64,000 nt of DNA from an uncultured SAR86 cluster bacterium (GCA_902625415.1 CACOBG010000005.1:43002-107001); one strand, 5' to 3'; positions 47,314 to 57,498 are shown, counted from the first letter of the stretch. The notes: a model not told the origin generated them from the letters alone. Translations and numbers: made by a program.

Positions 47314-48110
47314 ACGAAAGTAATGTAAAAGACTCTTAAAGCAGCAATTATGATGAGAACAGAAAATGCTTGCTTGAGGAATTTACTATCAGTTTTTGCA
47401 GAAAGATTGGCTCCAAGCCTAGCAAAGTAAATGCTTGATAATCCCGTAATTATTACTGCGGGCACGAATGCTGAACCTACAAAAAATTCAATTTCTTTTG
47501 AGGCAATGGGGGCAAATAATAATGCACCCAAGGCTCCGGATACTGCTAAAGCAAAACCCATCAAAGAAGAAGTACCAATTGCTTTGTGAGGATCTAATCC
47601 TTTATACAAAAAATAGGGAACCATAAGAATTCCTCCACCTATCCCAACGAAAGAAGTAACTAATCCTAATAATCCTGCAACAAAAATCAATTCAAAAGAA
47701 CTTTTGTGAAGGTTTTTTGTTTTTGGTGCAAAGTCAAACGCTATTTGAAGGGCTGCCAAAATTAAGGAAACAGCAATGATAATCTGGAGAGTTGAGCTTT
47801 CAATAAACAAAGCTACATATCTACCAAATAAAGTCATGGCAAATGCCATCCAAAACATTTTTTTTACGATTTCAAGCTCGACATTGTTATTTTTAAAATG
47901 GATAAAGGCAGCCATTGGAATGGTTATAGCCATGGTCGTCATGGATGTACCAGTAGCTAATATGGGAATTATTTCAGGAGGTAGATCTAATAAATTAAAT
48001 AAAAAAACATAAGCAGGAACTAAAATCACTCCACTACCAATTCCAAAGAATCCAGATAAAAGACCAGCCAAGATGCCTAATAAAACTAAGCCAAGAAAAA
48101 AATCAAACAT
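47310..48110 (-). CDS. TauE/SafE (DUF81) family anion exporter
   Basis: 266 aa, 8 TM helices with Gly-rich helices and an internal duplication typical of DUF81. Confidence 0.8.
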   Translation of the reverse strand: MFDFFLGLVLLGILAGLLSGFFGIGSGVILVPAYVFLFNLLDLPPEIIPILATGTSMTTMAITIPMAAFIHFKNNNVELEIVKKMFWMAFAMTLFGRYVALFIESSTLQIIIAVSLILAALQIAFDFAPKTKNLHKSSFELIFVAGLLGLVTSFVGIGGGILMVPYFLYKGLDPHKAIGTSSLMGFALAVSGALGALLFAPIASKEIEFFVGSAFVPAVIITGLSSIYFARLGANLSAKTDSKFLKQAFSVLIIIAALRVFYITFV

Positions 48111-48165
48111 GTAGAAGTATGATTATCCCTTATTAAAACAGTCTGATAAACTTTTTCCTTTTTTT

Positions 48166-48936
48166 ATGTGCCTAATTGTTTTATCCCTAAACCCAAAAAG
48201 TGACTACAAATTAGTTCTTACTTCAAATCGAGATGAATTTTATGAAAGACCAACAGAGAGTATGCATTGGTGGGACTCAAGCCCAAGAGTTTTAGCTGGA
48301 AAAGATAAAAACTTTGATGGAACATGGATGGCTTTAAGCGAAAAAGGGAAGTTCGCAGCTGTTACAAATGTAAGAGAATTTACTTCGTTGAGTACTCAAA
48401 AAAAATCTTTAGAAAATTTAGCGAGCAGAGGTGATTTGGTAAAAGATTTTGTCTTATCAAACTATTCTGCATCAGAATATCTAAACGAAATTGATTGTTT
48501 AAATTATCAAGGCTTTAATTTGATTTTATTTGATGGTACTGATGGAGTGATTTGCTCAAATAGAGGCTTTGAGAAAAAACTCAATGAAGGAGAGACCTAT
48601 GCAATAGGAAATAAACCTGTAGAAAATAAATCAGAAAAAATACTCAGCGCAGAAGAAGATTTTGTAAAAATCTTATCTTCTGAAATCTCTGGAAAAAATC
48701 TTTTTGAAATGATGCAAGCACCGGTCAACAAACCATTGGAATTCTCCGAAGCCTTCACTAAAGAAAATCATGGTAGGGAGTTCCCTTACAGATTTATAGC
48801 TACTGATATTTATGGAACAAGATCTACAACATCCATAATAATTGATAAAAATAACGAAGCCGTAATAGAGGAAACTTCTTTCAATGAAGTCAGAGAAATA
48901 GTTAAATCAAAAAAATTTAAACTTGAGATTAAATGA
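48166..48936 (+). CDS. NRDE/TANGO2-family protein
   Basis: MCLIVLS N-terminal Cys and LTSNRDEFYERPT. Confidence 0.75.
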   Translation: MCLIVLSLNPKSDYKLVLTSNRDEFYERPTESMHWWDSSPRVLAGKDKNFDGTWMALSEKGKFAAVTNVREFTSLSTQKKSLENLASRGDLVKDFVLSNYSASEYLNEIDCLNYQGFNLILFDGTDGVICSNRGFEKKLNEGETYAIGNKPVENKSEKILSAEEDFVKILSSEISGKNLFEMMQAPVNKPLEFSEAFTKENHGREFPYRFIATDIYGTRSTTSIIIDKNNEAVIEETSFNEVREIVKSKKFKLEIK

Positions 48937-49406
48937 CTTTAAAAATTAAGACTGGTTATCGATTGAATGTTGCAATGATAGTTCTTAACAAAGATAACAA
49001 GGTTTTATTTTGCAAAAGAAGAAATACAGAAAATTGGCAATTTCCTCAAGGAGGCGTAGATGAAAACGAAAATATTAAGGGTGCAATGTTTAGAGAGTTA
49101 AATGAAGAAGTAGGCTTAGAAGAGGATAATGTTGAAATAAAAGCCGTAAGTCAAAATTTTATTTACTACGATATTCCAAAAAACATTCGATCTAGAGTTC
49201 TCGGCGGAAAATTTAAAGGTCAAGCTCAAAAATATTTTCTACTTAAACTTATCTCCGGAGATGTAGATTTAAATATAGAAAATACTCCAGAATTTGATAA
49301 ATACAGTTGGGTACCTTTTTGGTACCCATTAAATCAAGTTGTAGATTTTAAAAAAGAAGCTTACAGAAGTGCTTTAATAGAGTTTAAAAATCAAATAATT
49401 AAATGA
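48933..49406 (+). CDS. rppH: RNA pyrophosphohydrolase (Nudix)
   Basis: Nudix box GGVDENENIKGAMFRELNEEVGL and GYRLNVAMIVLN. Confidence 0.85.
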   Translation: MTLKIKTGYRLNVAMIVLNKDNKVLFCKRRNTENWQFPQGGVDENENIKGAMFRELNEEVGLEEDNVEIKAVSQNFIYYDIPKNIRSRVLGGKFKGQAQKYFLLKLISGDVDLNIENTPEFDKYSWVPFWYPLNQVVDFKKEAYRSALIEFKNQIIK

Positions 49407-50050
49407 ATGAGCTGGTAATTTTTGACTTAGACGATACGCTGTTATGTGCTGATAGTGAATTTCATTTCACCAGATATATCGTTAAACAAGGAATGCTGGA
49501 TAAGGATTTTTATTTAAAGAAGATCAAAGCTTTTGATAAAGACTATCGATCAGGAAATTTAAATTTTAAGGATTACATGCGATTCCTCTTGTATCCTTTA
49601 ATAGGCAAGAGTGTAAGCGAAGTAAATTCATTGGTTACCAGCTTTATAAACTCCTCAAAGGATATCTTGATTGATGATTTAACCCTCGAATTATTAGAAA
49701 AACACAAAAAAGATGATGTGCTCATTGCTTCAGGAGCTTTGGATTTCATCGTTAAGGGTTTTGCAAATTATTTTGGAGTAGAAGAATTTTTAGGTACTAG
49801 AACAGAATTCGTAGGGGATAAAGTGACAGGGGAAACAATAGGAGAGCCAAATTTTGAAAAGGGTAAATTAGCTCACGTTTCAGAATGGTGTAGAAGAAAG
49901 AATGCAAATTTAGAGAAGGCTACTTTCTACACAGATTCAATTCATGATTTACCTTTAGTAGAAAAATGTAAAAATTCTATAGTAGTATCACCCGATGAAA
50001 GGCTTAAAAAGCATGCAGAAGATAACAATTTAGAAATAATCAATAGATAA
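49403..50050 (+). CDS. HAD-IB family hydrolase
   Basis: VIFDLDDTLL motif I and a late YTDSIHDLP motif. Confidence 0.75.
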   Translation: MNELVIFDLDDTLLCADSEFHFTRYIVKQGMLDKDFYLKKIKAFDKDYRSGNLNFKDYMRFLLYPLIGKSVSEVNSLVTSFINSSKDILIDDLTLELLEKHKKDDVLIASGALDFIVKGFANYFGVEEFLGTRTEFVGDKVTGETIGEPNFEKGKLAHVSEWCRRKNANLEKATFYTDSIHDLPLVEKCKNSIVVSPDERLKKHAEDNNLEIINR

Positions 50051-50059
50051 CTAAATCTT

Positions 50060-51271
50060 ATGAATCAGGGCAAAGATAAATCTAAGTTAAAAGAAGAATA
50101 CCAAAAATTTAAAAATTCAAAACAAGTCCTAGACTTAACTAGGGGCAGACCTTCTTCTGAACAACTAGACTTATCAGATAATTTAGAAACTGTAATGAAG
50201 GGAGACTTTATCCAAGACAAGGTCGACACAAGAAATTATGGACTTCTAGAAGGACTTCCTTCTGCAAGAAAATTAGCTGGTTGGGTTCTAAACTCTGATC
50301 CAAAAAATATTCTTGTAAACGGTACTAGTAGTTTGACTTTATTAGGGCATTATTTGCATAGCATGATCTTTCATGGCGATGGGCAAGCAGCCTGGAAAGA
50401 TCTCGATAAAGTTACTTTCTTGTGTCCAGTTCCTGGATACGATCGTCATTTTGCTATGTTGGAAAAATTAGGAATAAAAATGATACCTGTCTCTCTAGAA
50501 GGAGATGGCCCTGATTTGGATTCAATAGAAAATCTATTAGAAACTGATGAAACCATAAAAGGAATCATCTGTGTGCCGAAACATTCAAATCCCACAGGTG
50601 AGATTTACTCTAAAGAAAAAATAAAAGCTTTAGCTAGTATCAATAGGGATGGGTTCAAAATTATCTTTGATAATGCCTATGCTATTCATGATTTTGATGA
50701 TTCAAAAAAACTTCCCGATATAGAAAAAATATTCATTGATAAAAATTCACATGATTCTCTCATTATGCTTGGAAGTACCAGTAAGATCTCATTAGCGGGA
50801 TCGGGTTTGGCGTTTATTTCTTTGTCGCCAAATAATATGGAAAACTTTGTTAATTATTTTTCCAAGTTTTCTCTGGGTTCTGACAAAGTAAATCAAGCAA
50901 GACATACTAGGATTTTTAATTCAAAGAAAGCACTTACAGAGCATATGCAAAAATTAGCAACCATAATCAGACCTAAGTTCGATCTCGTTCAAGAAAAGTT
51001 GAATCAATTACCGGATGGTTTAGCAAAGTGGACCAAGCCTAGTGGGGGTTATTTTGTCTCCTTTGATTCTTTAAACGGCAACGCTTCAAAAATACACAAG
51101 CTTTGCGAGGAAGCGGGCTTGAAACTCACTCCGTTGGGAGCAACCTTTCCTTATGGCAAAGACTTAGAAAATAAAAATATTCGTATAGCCCCCACCCAGG
51201 TAGAACTTGACGAGCTTTCAGACGCTATGGATTTATTTTGTATTTGCGTATTACTAGCCGAAGAAAGCTAG
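50060..51271 (+). CDS. class I/II-fold PLP-dependent aminotransferase
   Basis: HSNPTGE, FDNAYA and GSTSKISLAG (PLP lysine). Confidence 0.75.
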   Translation: MNQGKDKSKLKEEYQKFKNSKQVLDLTRGRPSSEQLDLSDNLETVMKGDFIQDKVDTRNYGLLEGLPSARKLAGWVLNSDPKNILVNGTSSLTLLGHYLHSMIFHGDGQAAWKDLDKVTFLCPVPGYDRHFAMLEKLGIKMIPVSLEGDGPDLDSIENLLETDETIKGIICVPKHSNPTGEIYSKEKIKALASINRDGFKIIFDNAYAIHDFDDSKKLPDIEKIFIDKNSHDSLIMLGSTSKISLAGSGLAFISLSPNNMENFVNYFSKFSLGSDKVNQARHTRIFNSKKALTEHMQKLATIIRPKFDLVQEKLNQLPDGLAKWTKPSGGYFVSFDSLNGNASKIHKLCEEAGLKLTPLGATFPYGKDLENKNIRIAPTQVELDELSDAMDLFCICVLLAEES

Positions 51272-51600
51272 TTCCTGGTAACTTCTAAAATTTCGTATTT
51301 TTTCCCGTCAAATGGTCCGAAGTTTTCATGAACATCTGGATGAGCTACGGGCTCTAAAGAGTTATCAGCTAGTAAATTCTGTTGAGAAACATAGGCAGTG
51401 TAAAAGACTTCCTCGTTTTCAGCATAGACATGATAGAAGGGTTGATTTTTTTTTGGCCTTATTTGGGCTGGAATACTTTGATACCATTCTTCAGTATTGT
51501 TAAATTCAGGATCTACATCAAAAATAACACCTCTAAAGTCTAGGTGTTTATGTCTGACAACCTGTCCAATTGCAAAATTAGTTTCAACTACATCTTTCAT
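51268..51600 (-). CDS. hspQ: heat-shock protein HspQ (YccV, hemimethylated-DNA-binding domain)
   Basis: FAIGQVVRHKHLDFRGVIFDVDP...PFYHV. Confidence 0.85.
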   Translation of the reverse strand: MKDVVETNFAIGQVVRHKHLDFRGVIFDVDPEFNNTEEWYQSIPAQIRPKKNQPFYHVYAENEEVFYTAYVSQQNLLADNSLEPVAHPDVHENFGPFDGKKYEILEVTRN

Positions 51601-51650
51601 AATTTAATGTTACCACTTATACCCTTTATATGGAGTCTATCCTTATATTT

Positions 51651-52622
51651 TCAAGCCAAATGAGCTTGAGAAAGGTAATCTTTAGACTGCATTTCGGTCA
51701 TTCTGCTAATGGTTCTCTTAAATTTTTCTTTTAGTCTAGATTTGACATAAATTTTTTCAGGGAGTTCAGCTGCTGAAATGATTAATTTTACTTTTCTGTC
51801 ATAACATTCATCTATAAAAGAAATAAAACGCCTAGCCTCATCATCGGAATTTATGATGGGCACATCGGACAGAATAACTGTATGAAACTCTTTTGAAATT
51901 TCAATATAATCTGCAGCGCTTCTTGGAGATGAACAGATTTGTAAAAAATTAACCCAAAGGACTCCTTTAGAAAACGCCAAGATATCAATTTTTCTATTAT
52001 TTATTGTTATAAAACTGTCCTTAGCTTTTTTATTCTGGGTAATTTCATTGAAAATCTTTTCAATGATCTCAATATTCTTATCCGACGGAAAAAAGTAACT
52101 TCCACTTTTTTCTAAAGCTCTTAATCTAAAATCAACATTAGAATCTAAATGATATATTTCACAAGCAGTTTCAATAGCTTTAATAGCTGGTAGGAATAAC
52201 TTTCTTTGTAACCCTCCTTCATATAGATTTATTGGAGCTATATTTGAAGTTGCAAAAAAAGATAAATCTGATTTGAAAAGTTCAGTCATAAATTTCCCCA
52301 GCAGCATGGCATCTGCAATATCCTCTACATAAAATTCATCGAAACAAAGACATTTGTATTTTTTTGATAAATCTTTAACTATTTTTTTTAAAGGATCTGT
52401 TGCTCCCTCATAGTTTTTAAGCTCCTCGTGAAGATTTTGCATGAAACGGTGAAAATGCAGTCGTATTTTTTTTTCATGATTAATTTCTTCAAAAAGCATA
52501 TCCATGAGAAATGTCTTTCCCCGTCCTACGTCTCCGTGAATATAAATTCTTTGGGGTACTTTTTTAGTTAAAAAATTAAAAAAGCCTTTCTCAATATTTA
52601 TTTCTTGCAAACAAGTATCCAA
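51651..52622 (-). CDS. zapE: cell-division ATPase ZapE (AFG1-like); true 5' end probably further upstream (see findings)
   Basis: Walker A IHGDVGRGKTFLMD and LCFDEFYVEDIADAMLL. The first canonical start is TTG at 52622, but the frame stays open and ZapE-like up to 52775. Confidence 0.85.
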   Translation of the reverse strand: MDTCLQEINIEKGFFNFLTKKVPQRIYIHGDVGRGKTFLMDMLFEEINHEKKIRLHFHRFMQNLHEELKNYEGATDPLKKIVKDLSKKYKCLCFDEFYVEDIADAMLLGKFMTELFKSDLSFFATSNIAPINLYEGGLQRKLFLPAIKAIETACEIYHLDSNVDFRLRALEKSGSYFFPSDKNIEIIEKIFNEITQNKKAKDSFITINNRKIDILAFSKGVLWVNFLQICSSPRSAADYIEISKEFHTVILSDVPIINSDDEARRFISFIDECYDRKVKLIISAAELPEKIYVKSRLKEKFKRTISRMTEMQSKDYLSQAHLA

Positions 52623-52702
52623 ACGCTCAGCTAATTTAAGCTGAGCGTCATCTAGGGATATTTCTTGGCTTGATACAGCTCTTAAATAATTTTCTTTTAG
52701 GG

Positions 52703-52990
52703 CTATTTTATTTCCTCGTGAACAGTAATTTCTGGTGCTCCAGCAAGAAATGGTGCAAGTGCTCCACCTAATGTTTTAAAGTGTTCAGTTTGAGAATGAT
52801 GAGCATGACTTTCGGCATCTTTATATATCTCTATCATTTGATAAGTTTGAGGGTTATCTGTTTTTAATAGACCATAGTAGAAAACACCAGGTTCATTTGC
52901 GTTAGTTGCTTCCACAAGTTTCAGCATATTTTCTTCGAAGTCTTTTTCACTTCCTTCTTTTATATTTAATTTAACAAGTACTCCTATCAT
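52703..52990 (-). CDS. ABM-domain (antibiotic-biosynthesis-monooxygenase-like) protein
   Basis: 95 aa ferredoxin-like pattern (VLVKLNIKEG...YQMIEIYKDAESHAHHSQTEHF). Confidence 0.75.
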   Translation of the reverse strand: MIGVLVKLNIKEGSEKDFEENMLKLVEATNANEPGVFYYGLLKTDNPQTYQMIEIYKDAESHAHHSQTEHFKTLGGALAPFLAGAPEITVHEEIK

Positions 52991-53060
52991 GTTTTCTCCT
53001 ATAATAAATGTTGTTTAAAAATTTAGTATATAAGGCTAAATCATATTGGGAGAAAAGAAA

Positions 53061-53678
53061 ATGATTAAGATTTGGGGAACCGAAGCCTCAAGAGCAATGA
53101 GGCCAATTTGGACTGCTGAAGAAATGGGCATAGATTACGAGCTCGAAATGATGCCTTTTCCACCTAGGATGTTCATGAAAGAGTATTTGGATATCAATAT
53201 GCTAGGAACAATTCCTTATTTGATAGACGGCGATGTGAAAATGACCGAATCTGTTGCTATGTCTCAATATTTAGTTGAAAAATATGGACCGACCGATTTA
53301 AGAGTAATGCCAGATGAGCCTGACTATCCAACTTATTTAAATTGGCTTTTCCACTCTGATGCAACATTAACTTTTCCACAGACAGTTGTTCTTAGATACA
53401 AACTTCAAGAGCCGGGTGTTGCAGATGCTGCTGTAGAAGGTTACAGCAGATGGTTTGTTTCAAGGTGTAAATTATTAGAGACAACTTTAAACGATAGAGA
53501 ATACTTATGTTCAAATCGCTTTACGATTGCAGATATCTGTGTGAGTTATGCTTTTGTTGTCGCTGAATCACTTGGAATAGATCAAGCATTCAAACCTAAC
53601 ATTAAAAGATACACGGACATGCTTTTTGAAAGAGAGGCTTTTAAAAAATCTAAGTCTTATAAGTTTGAAGAAAAATAA
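53061..53678 (+). CDS. glutathione S-transferase family protein
   Basis: Start at ATG 53061 after GGGAGAAAAG. Thioredoxin-like N-domain (GTIPYLIDGDVKMTESVAMSQYL) plus a helical C-domain. Confidence 0.8.
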   Translation: MIKIWGTEASRAMRPIWTAEEMGIDYELEMMPFPPRMFMKEYLDINMLGTIPYLIDGDVKMTESVAMSQYLVEKYGPTDLRVMPDEPDYPTYLNWLFHSDATLTFPQTVVLRYKLQEPGVADAAVEGYSRWFVSRCKLLETTLNDREYLCSNRFTIADICVSYAFVVAESLGIDQAFKPNIKRYTDMLFEREAFKKSKSYKFEEK

Positions 53679-53705
53679 TTTAATTTTTTAATTTAGGAGA
53701 TAAAT

Positions 53706-54134
53706 ATGATTACCCTTAAAGATGCACAAAAAGTAGTTGAAGGTTGTTTGAAAAAAGCCAGAGAAGAGAATATGAATCCTGTAACAATTGCAGTTCTCGA
53801 TACTCGTGGAGTATTAGTAAGTTCAGCAATGGAGGATAATTCGGCTCTTATTAGGCCAGATATAGCATTTGCCAAAGCATGGGGCTGCGTTGGAATTGGT
53901 TTTTCTAGCAGAACAATGAGAGATCTATATGGCGCACAACCTGAACAAACTCATTTTTTCAATGCTGCCAGAGCTATATCTGGAAATAAAATAGCGCCGT
54001 CTCCTGGAGGGATAATGATTAAGAAAGGAGATGATGTGATTGGTTCGGTTGGCGTTTCAGGAGATTTACCCGATCGTGATGAGATTTGTGCAATAGCGGG
54101 AGTAGAAGCTGCTGGATTGACTTATCAAATTTAA
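53706..54134 (+). CDS. GlcG/HbpS-family (DUF336) heme-binding-like protein
   Basis: GGIMIKKGDDVIGSVGVSGDLPDRDEICA. AGGAGA ribosome-binding site upstream. Confidence 0.8.
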   Translation: MITLKDAQKVVEGCLKKAREENMNPVTIAVLDTRGVLVSSAMEDNSALIRPDIAFAKAWGCVGIGFSSRTMRDLYGAQPEQTHFFNAARAISGNKIAPSPGGIMIKKGDDVIGSVGVSGDLPDRDEICAIAGVEAAGLTYQI

Positions 54135-54166
54135 TGTTTTGATATTCTAAATAATGAAATTAATTC

Positions 54167-55042
54167 TTAATTTTTAGGGGGCAAGGGAATTAAAACCGAA
54201 GTATTTTTTATGTAGTTTTTGTATTCCTCATCATCTCCCCATTTCTTCTTTCCTCTAAGTTCTAGTAATCTCACTCCGCTTATTTGGGTTAAAAGGATGA
54301 TAATAAAGATAGGAGAAATGAGTGTTATAAATTGCCAGCCCTGAAGAACTGGTAAAGCTATTACTGTGATCCCAATCCATAAAAGAATTTCACCAAAATA
54401 ATTTGGATGCCTAGACCAGGACCAAATTCCTGTTGTAATAAATTTTTCTTTATTTTCTGGATTAGATCTAAATTTAGATTTTTGATTATCTGCAATAACT
54501 TCTATCGAGAAACCCAAAATCCAAATCAAGGTACCCAATACCAAGAAGATATCCGCCTCAATCTTATTTTGCGAAGTCATCGCAGCGAGTCCAGCTGCTA
54601 AAGATAAAAATACCCACATTCCTTGAATATTCCAGGTCATTAAAAACCACCAAAACTTGGTTTTCATGATGTCAAATCTTCCGTCGCCTCCATCTTTTCT
54701 GACTCGAAAAAACAAAAAGGAGCCTAGTCTGGTAGCCCACACAACAACTAACAACGTGATCATGATGTCCCTTAAATAAATTTCCGGGATTGCCATAAGA
54801 GTAAAAAGAGAAGCTGACATAAAAGTAAGCGAACCGGTTAAATCAAAAAAATGTTCTGTTCTATTAATGAAAGAAGGAATGAAGACAAGCCATTGAATGA
54901 CAAAAATAAGTAATACTACAAATCCAAAAAGTGGGACGTTTGATATAGAAACACTTCCTTGATTGGCAGCAAAAGCTATAAGAGTTGATAATAATATGAC
55001 AATGAAAGAGGCTGGGATAGTGGTTTTGTTCGGCATTAACAA
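54167..55042 (-). CDS. DUF1295 / steroid-5-alpha-reductase-like membrane protein
   Basis: Polytopic, with WSWSRHPNYFGEILLWIG. Confidence 0.75.
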   Translation of the reverse strand: MLMPNKTTIPASFIVILLSTLIAFAANQGSVSISNVPLFGFVVLLIFVIQWLVFIPSFINRTEHFFDLTGSLTFMSASLFTLMAIPEIYLRDIMITLLVVVWATRLGSFLFFRVRKDGGDGRFDIMKTKFWWFLMTWNIQGMWVFLSLAAGLAAMTSQNKIEADIFLVLGTLIWILGFSIEVIADNQKSKFRSNPENKEKFITTGIWSWSRHPNYFGEILLWIGITVIALPVLQGWQFITLISPIFIIILLTQISGVRLLELRGKKKWGDDEEYKNYIKNTSVLIPLPPKN

Positions 55043-55114
55043 ATTTTAATACAAAAATCTTGATTTGAATTGAAATTTAGAAGATATTAATAACCAGAAA
55101 TAAAGAGGTATAAA

Positions 55115-56254
55115 ATGATGAATTCAAGAATTTGCGAAATGTTAGACATAGAGTTTCCTCTCGTGGCATTTACACATTGCAGAGATGTTGTAGTAGCAGT
55201 TTCCAAAGCAGGGGGTTGTGGAGTCTTAGGTGCCGTTGGCATGTCTCCAGAACAATTGGAAAAAGAGCTGAAATGGATCGACGAGCACATTGATGGCAAA
55301 CCATATGGAGTAGACGTTTTGATTCCAAACAAAATGGTTGGCAAAGATGAAAAATTCGATGCTGACAAGCTTGCAAAAATGATCCCTCAAGAATATGCAG
55401 ATTTCAGAACAGATGTTTTAGAGAATCACGGTATTGATGCTCCAGAATTAAGAGAAATAGATACTGGCGGATCAGGCTTTGCTCAAAACACACAATCTGA
55501 TGGAGCTAAAGCCCTTTTAGATGTCGCCTTTAAACACCCAATTAAAATCATTGCCAATGCACTTGGCGTCCCGCCAGACTGGATGATTCAAATGGGTAAA
55601 GATAATGACTGCAAAGTTGCCGCATTATTAGGAACTGCAGAACATGCGATTAACCAAGTCAAAGCAGGAGTTGATATTTTAGTCGTTTCTGGAACCGAGG
55701 CAGGAGGACACTGCGGAAGTGTTTCTACCATGGTTTTAATTCCAGAGGTACATGAAGCTATTCAACCTTACGGTGATGTCCCAATTTTAGCTGCTGGTGG
55801 AATTGTAACTGGTAAGCAAATGGCGGCAGCCATGGCGATGGGAGCTTCAGGAGCTTGGTGTGGTTCAGTTTGGCTAACTACAATTGAGTCAGAAGTAGAG
55901 CCGGTTATTAAAGAAAAAATGGTTGCGGCAAATTCAAGCCAAACGGTTAGGTCAAGAAGTAGAACTGGTAAACATTCTAGACAATTAGTTACTCCATGGA
56001 CTCAAGCTTGGGAGGCAGAAAGTGCTCCGGAACCTCTGCCAATGCCTTTACAACCAATGGTCGCAGAGCCAGCTTTGCAAAAAGTTAATAAGTTAGCTGC
56101 TGGAGGTCATGAAGGAGCAAAAGATCTTGCAACTTATTGGGTAGGACAGGGCGTCGGTCTTATGAACCAAAGCATCTCAGCAAGTGACGTTGTGCAAGAG
56201 TTCAAAGAAGATTTTGTTAACGCTTACGAGAGATTGAATAATTTTATAAGCTAA
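55115..56254 (+). CDS. nitronate monooxygenase / NAD(P)H-dependent flavin oxidoreductase family protein
   Basis: VVSGTEAGGHCG and ILAAGGIVTG, typical of the NMO/2-nitropropane-dioxygenase TIM barrel. Confidence 0.8.
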   Translation: MMNSRICEMLDIEFPLVAFTHCRDVVVAVSKAGGCGVLGAVGMSPEQLEKELKWIDEHIDGKPYGVDVLIPNKMVGKDEKFDADKLAKMIPQEYADFRTDVLENHGIDAPELREIDTGGSGFAQNTQSDGAKALLDVAFKHPIKIIANALGVPPDWMIQMGKDNDCKVAALLGTAEHAINQVKAGVDILVVSGTEAGGHCGSVSTMVLIPEVHEAIQPYGDVPILAAGGIVTGKQMAAAMAMGASGAWCGSVWLTTIESEVEPVIKEKMVAANSSQTVRSRSRTGKHSRQLVTPWTQAWEAESAPEPLPMPLQPMVAEPALQKVNKLAAGGHEGAKDLATYWVGQGVGLMNQSISASDVVQEFKEDFVNAYERLNNFIS

Positions 56255-56256
56255 AC

Positions 56257-56721
56257 TTATTTAATTTTAGAAATCTCTTCGCCAAGTTGCTCAGCAACTC
56301 TATCAAAACCTATCAGGTTACTTCGGAAATCTTTAGTGAATGGCTCTAAAGATTTCTTGAGTTTAGAATTTGCATTTCCTAAAACCTGAAAATTGCTTAT
56401 TGAAAAGTTTTTGACAAACTCTTCTTCCCATTTACTTCCAAGAAAATTATTCATATGAATCAAGGCTGCTTCGTTATTTGGATAGATTTCTAAAAGAAAA
56501 ACTTTATTTTCTTTTTTTGAAAAGTGATATTGATAAACAAGAGTTTGAGGTTCTTTATTTTCAACATTTTCAGTGATTCTTGAAACAAAGTTTCTCGCAT
56601 TCTTTCTTTTGCTGTCGACAATTTCTAAATCAATAGCAAAAACTATTACATCTAATTTTTCATGATGCATTCCAAAAATAGAAGCGGATGTAACAAGTAT
56701 AAGTAATGCAAGATATTTCAT
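56257..56721 (-). CDS. secreted hypothetical protein, possibly ABM/ferredoxin-like fold
   Basis: Signal peptide MKYLALLILVTSASIFG. YQYHFSKKENKVFLLEIYPNNEAALIHM resembles the ABM core; the fold assignment is tentative. Confidence 0.45.
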   Translation of the reverse strand: MKYLALLILVTSASIFGMHHEKLDVIVFAIDLEIVDSKRKNARNFVSRITENVENKEPQTLVYQYHFSKKENKVFLLEIYPNNEAALIHMNNFLGSKWEEEFVKNFSISNFQVLGNANSKLKKSLEPFTKDFRSNLIGFDRVAEQLGEEISKIK

Positions 56722-56737
56722 AAAAATCTCCTATAAA

Positions 56738-57496
56738 TTAATGGTTCCACCAAGCTTGGTCTGAAAAAGCTCTAATATCGATTTCATGGGTCCAAGTTGA
56801 TTTGGTTTGTTTTGCTAAGAACAGGTAAGTATCAGCCACATTTTCAGGCAAAATCATGCCATCAGCACCTTTTTGCTTTTTAAATTTTTCAAATAAATCA
56901 GAACCTAACATCTTTCCTAATGTATCGGGAGCATCCACCGCACCGTCAATAATGACATGTGCTACATGAATGCCTTCTTTAGCAAACTCAGCATTCAAAG
57001 ACTGACATAGCATTCTTCTACCACCCATTGCAGCTGCATGAGAATGTTGTCCTTTATTTCCTCTAACTGCGGAGGTAGCAGAGGTCACAATGATATTTCC
57101 TCCTCGTCTTTCTTTCATTTTTGGAGTTAAAACTTGAGCAAGTCTAAACAAGCCGAACGTTGCCATACGCCAACCCATTTCAAATGCTTTATAACTGGTT
57201 TCGGCTAAGGCACGATCGCCTATTTGAGCACCTATGTTATAAATAACAGTATCAATGGCACCAATATCTGATTCAATTTTATTGACTAAATCTTCTATTG
57301 AGTTTTCTTCGATAACATTGAGTAAAGAACCAGAAGCTTTTCCGCCAGCATCAATAATTTCATTTATTAATCTATTAAGACCTTCTTCGTCTGTCCTTCT
57401 CGCAAGATATGCGTGGTACCCTTCTTTCGCAAATCTCTTTGCTACTGTTCCACCAATACCTGCTCCAGCTCCTATTACCAAACAAACTTTATCCAT
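56738..57496 (-). CDS. short-chain dehydrogenase/reductase
   Basis: VIGAGAGIGG cofactor motif and an SDR-length Rossmann fold. Confidence 0.85.
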   Translation of the reverse strand: MDKVCLVIGAGAGIGGTVAKRFAKEGYHAYLARRTDEEGLNRLINEIIDAGGKASGSLLNVIEENSIEDLVNKIESDIGAIDTVIYNIGAQIGDRALAETSYKAFEMGWRMATFGLFRLAQVLTPKMKERRGGNIIVTSATSAVRGNKGQHSHAAAMGGRRMLCQSLNAEFAKEGIHVAHVIIDGAVDAPDTLGKMLGSDLFEKFKKQKGADGMILPENVADTYLFLAKQTKSTWTHEIDIRAFSDQAWWNH

Positions 57497-57498
57497 AT

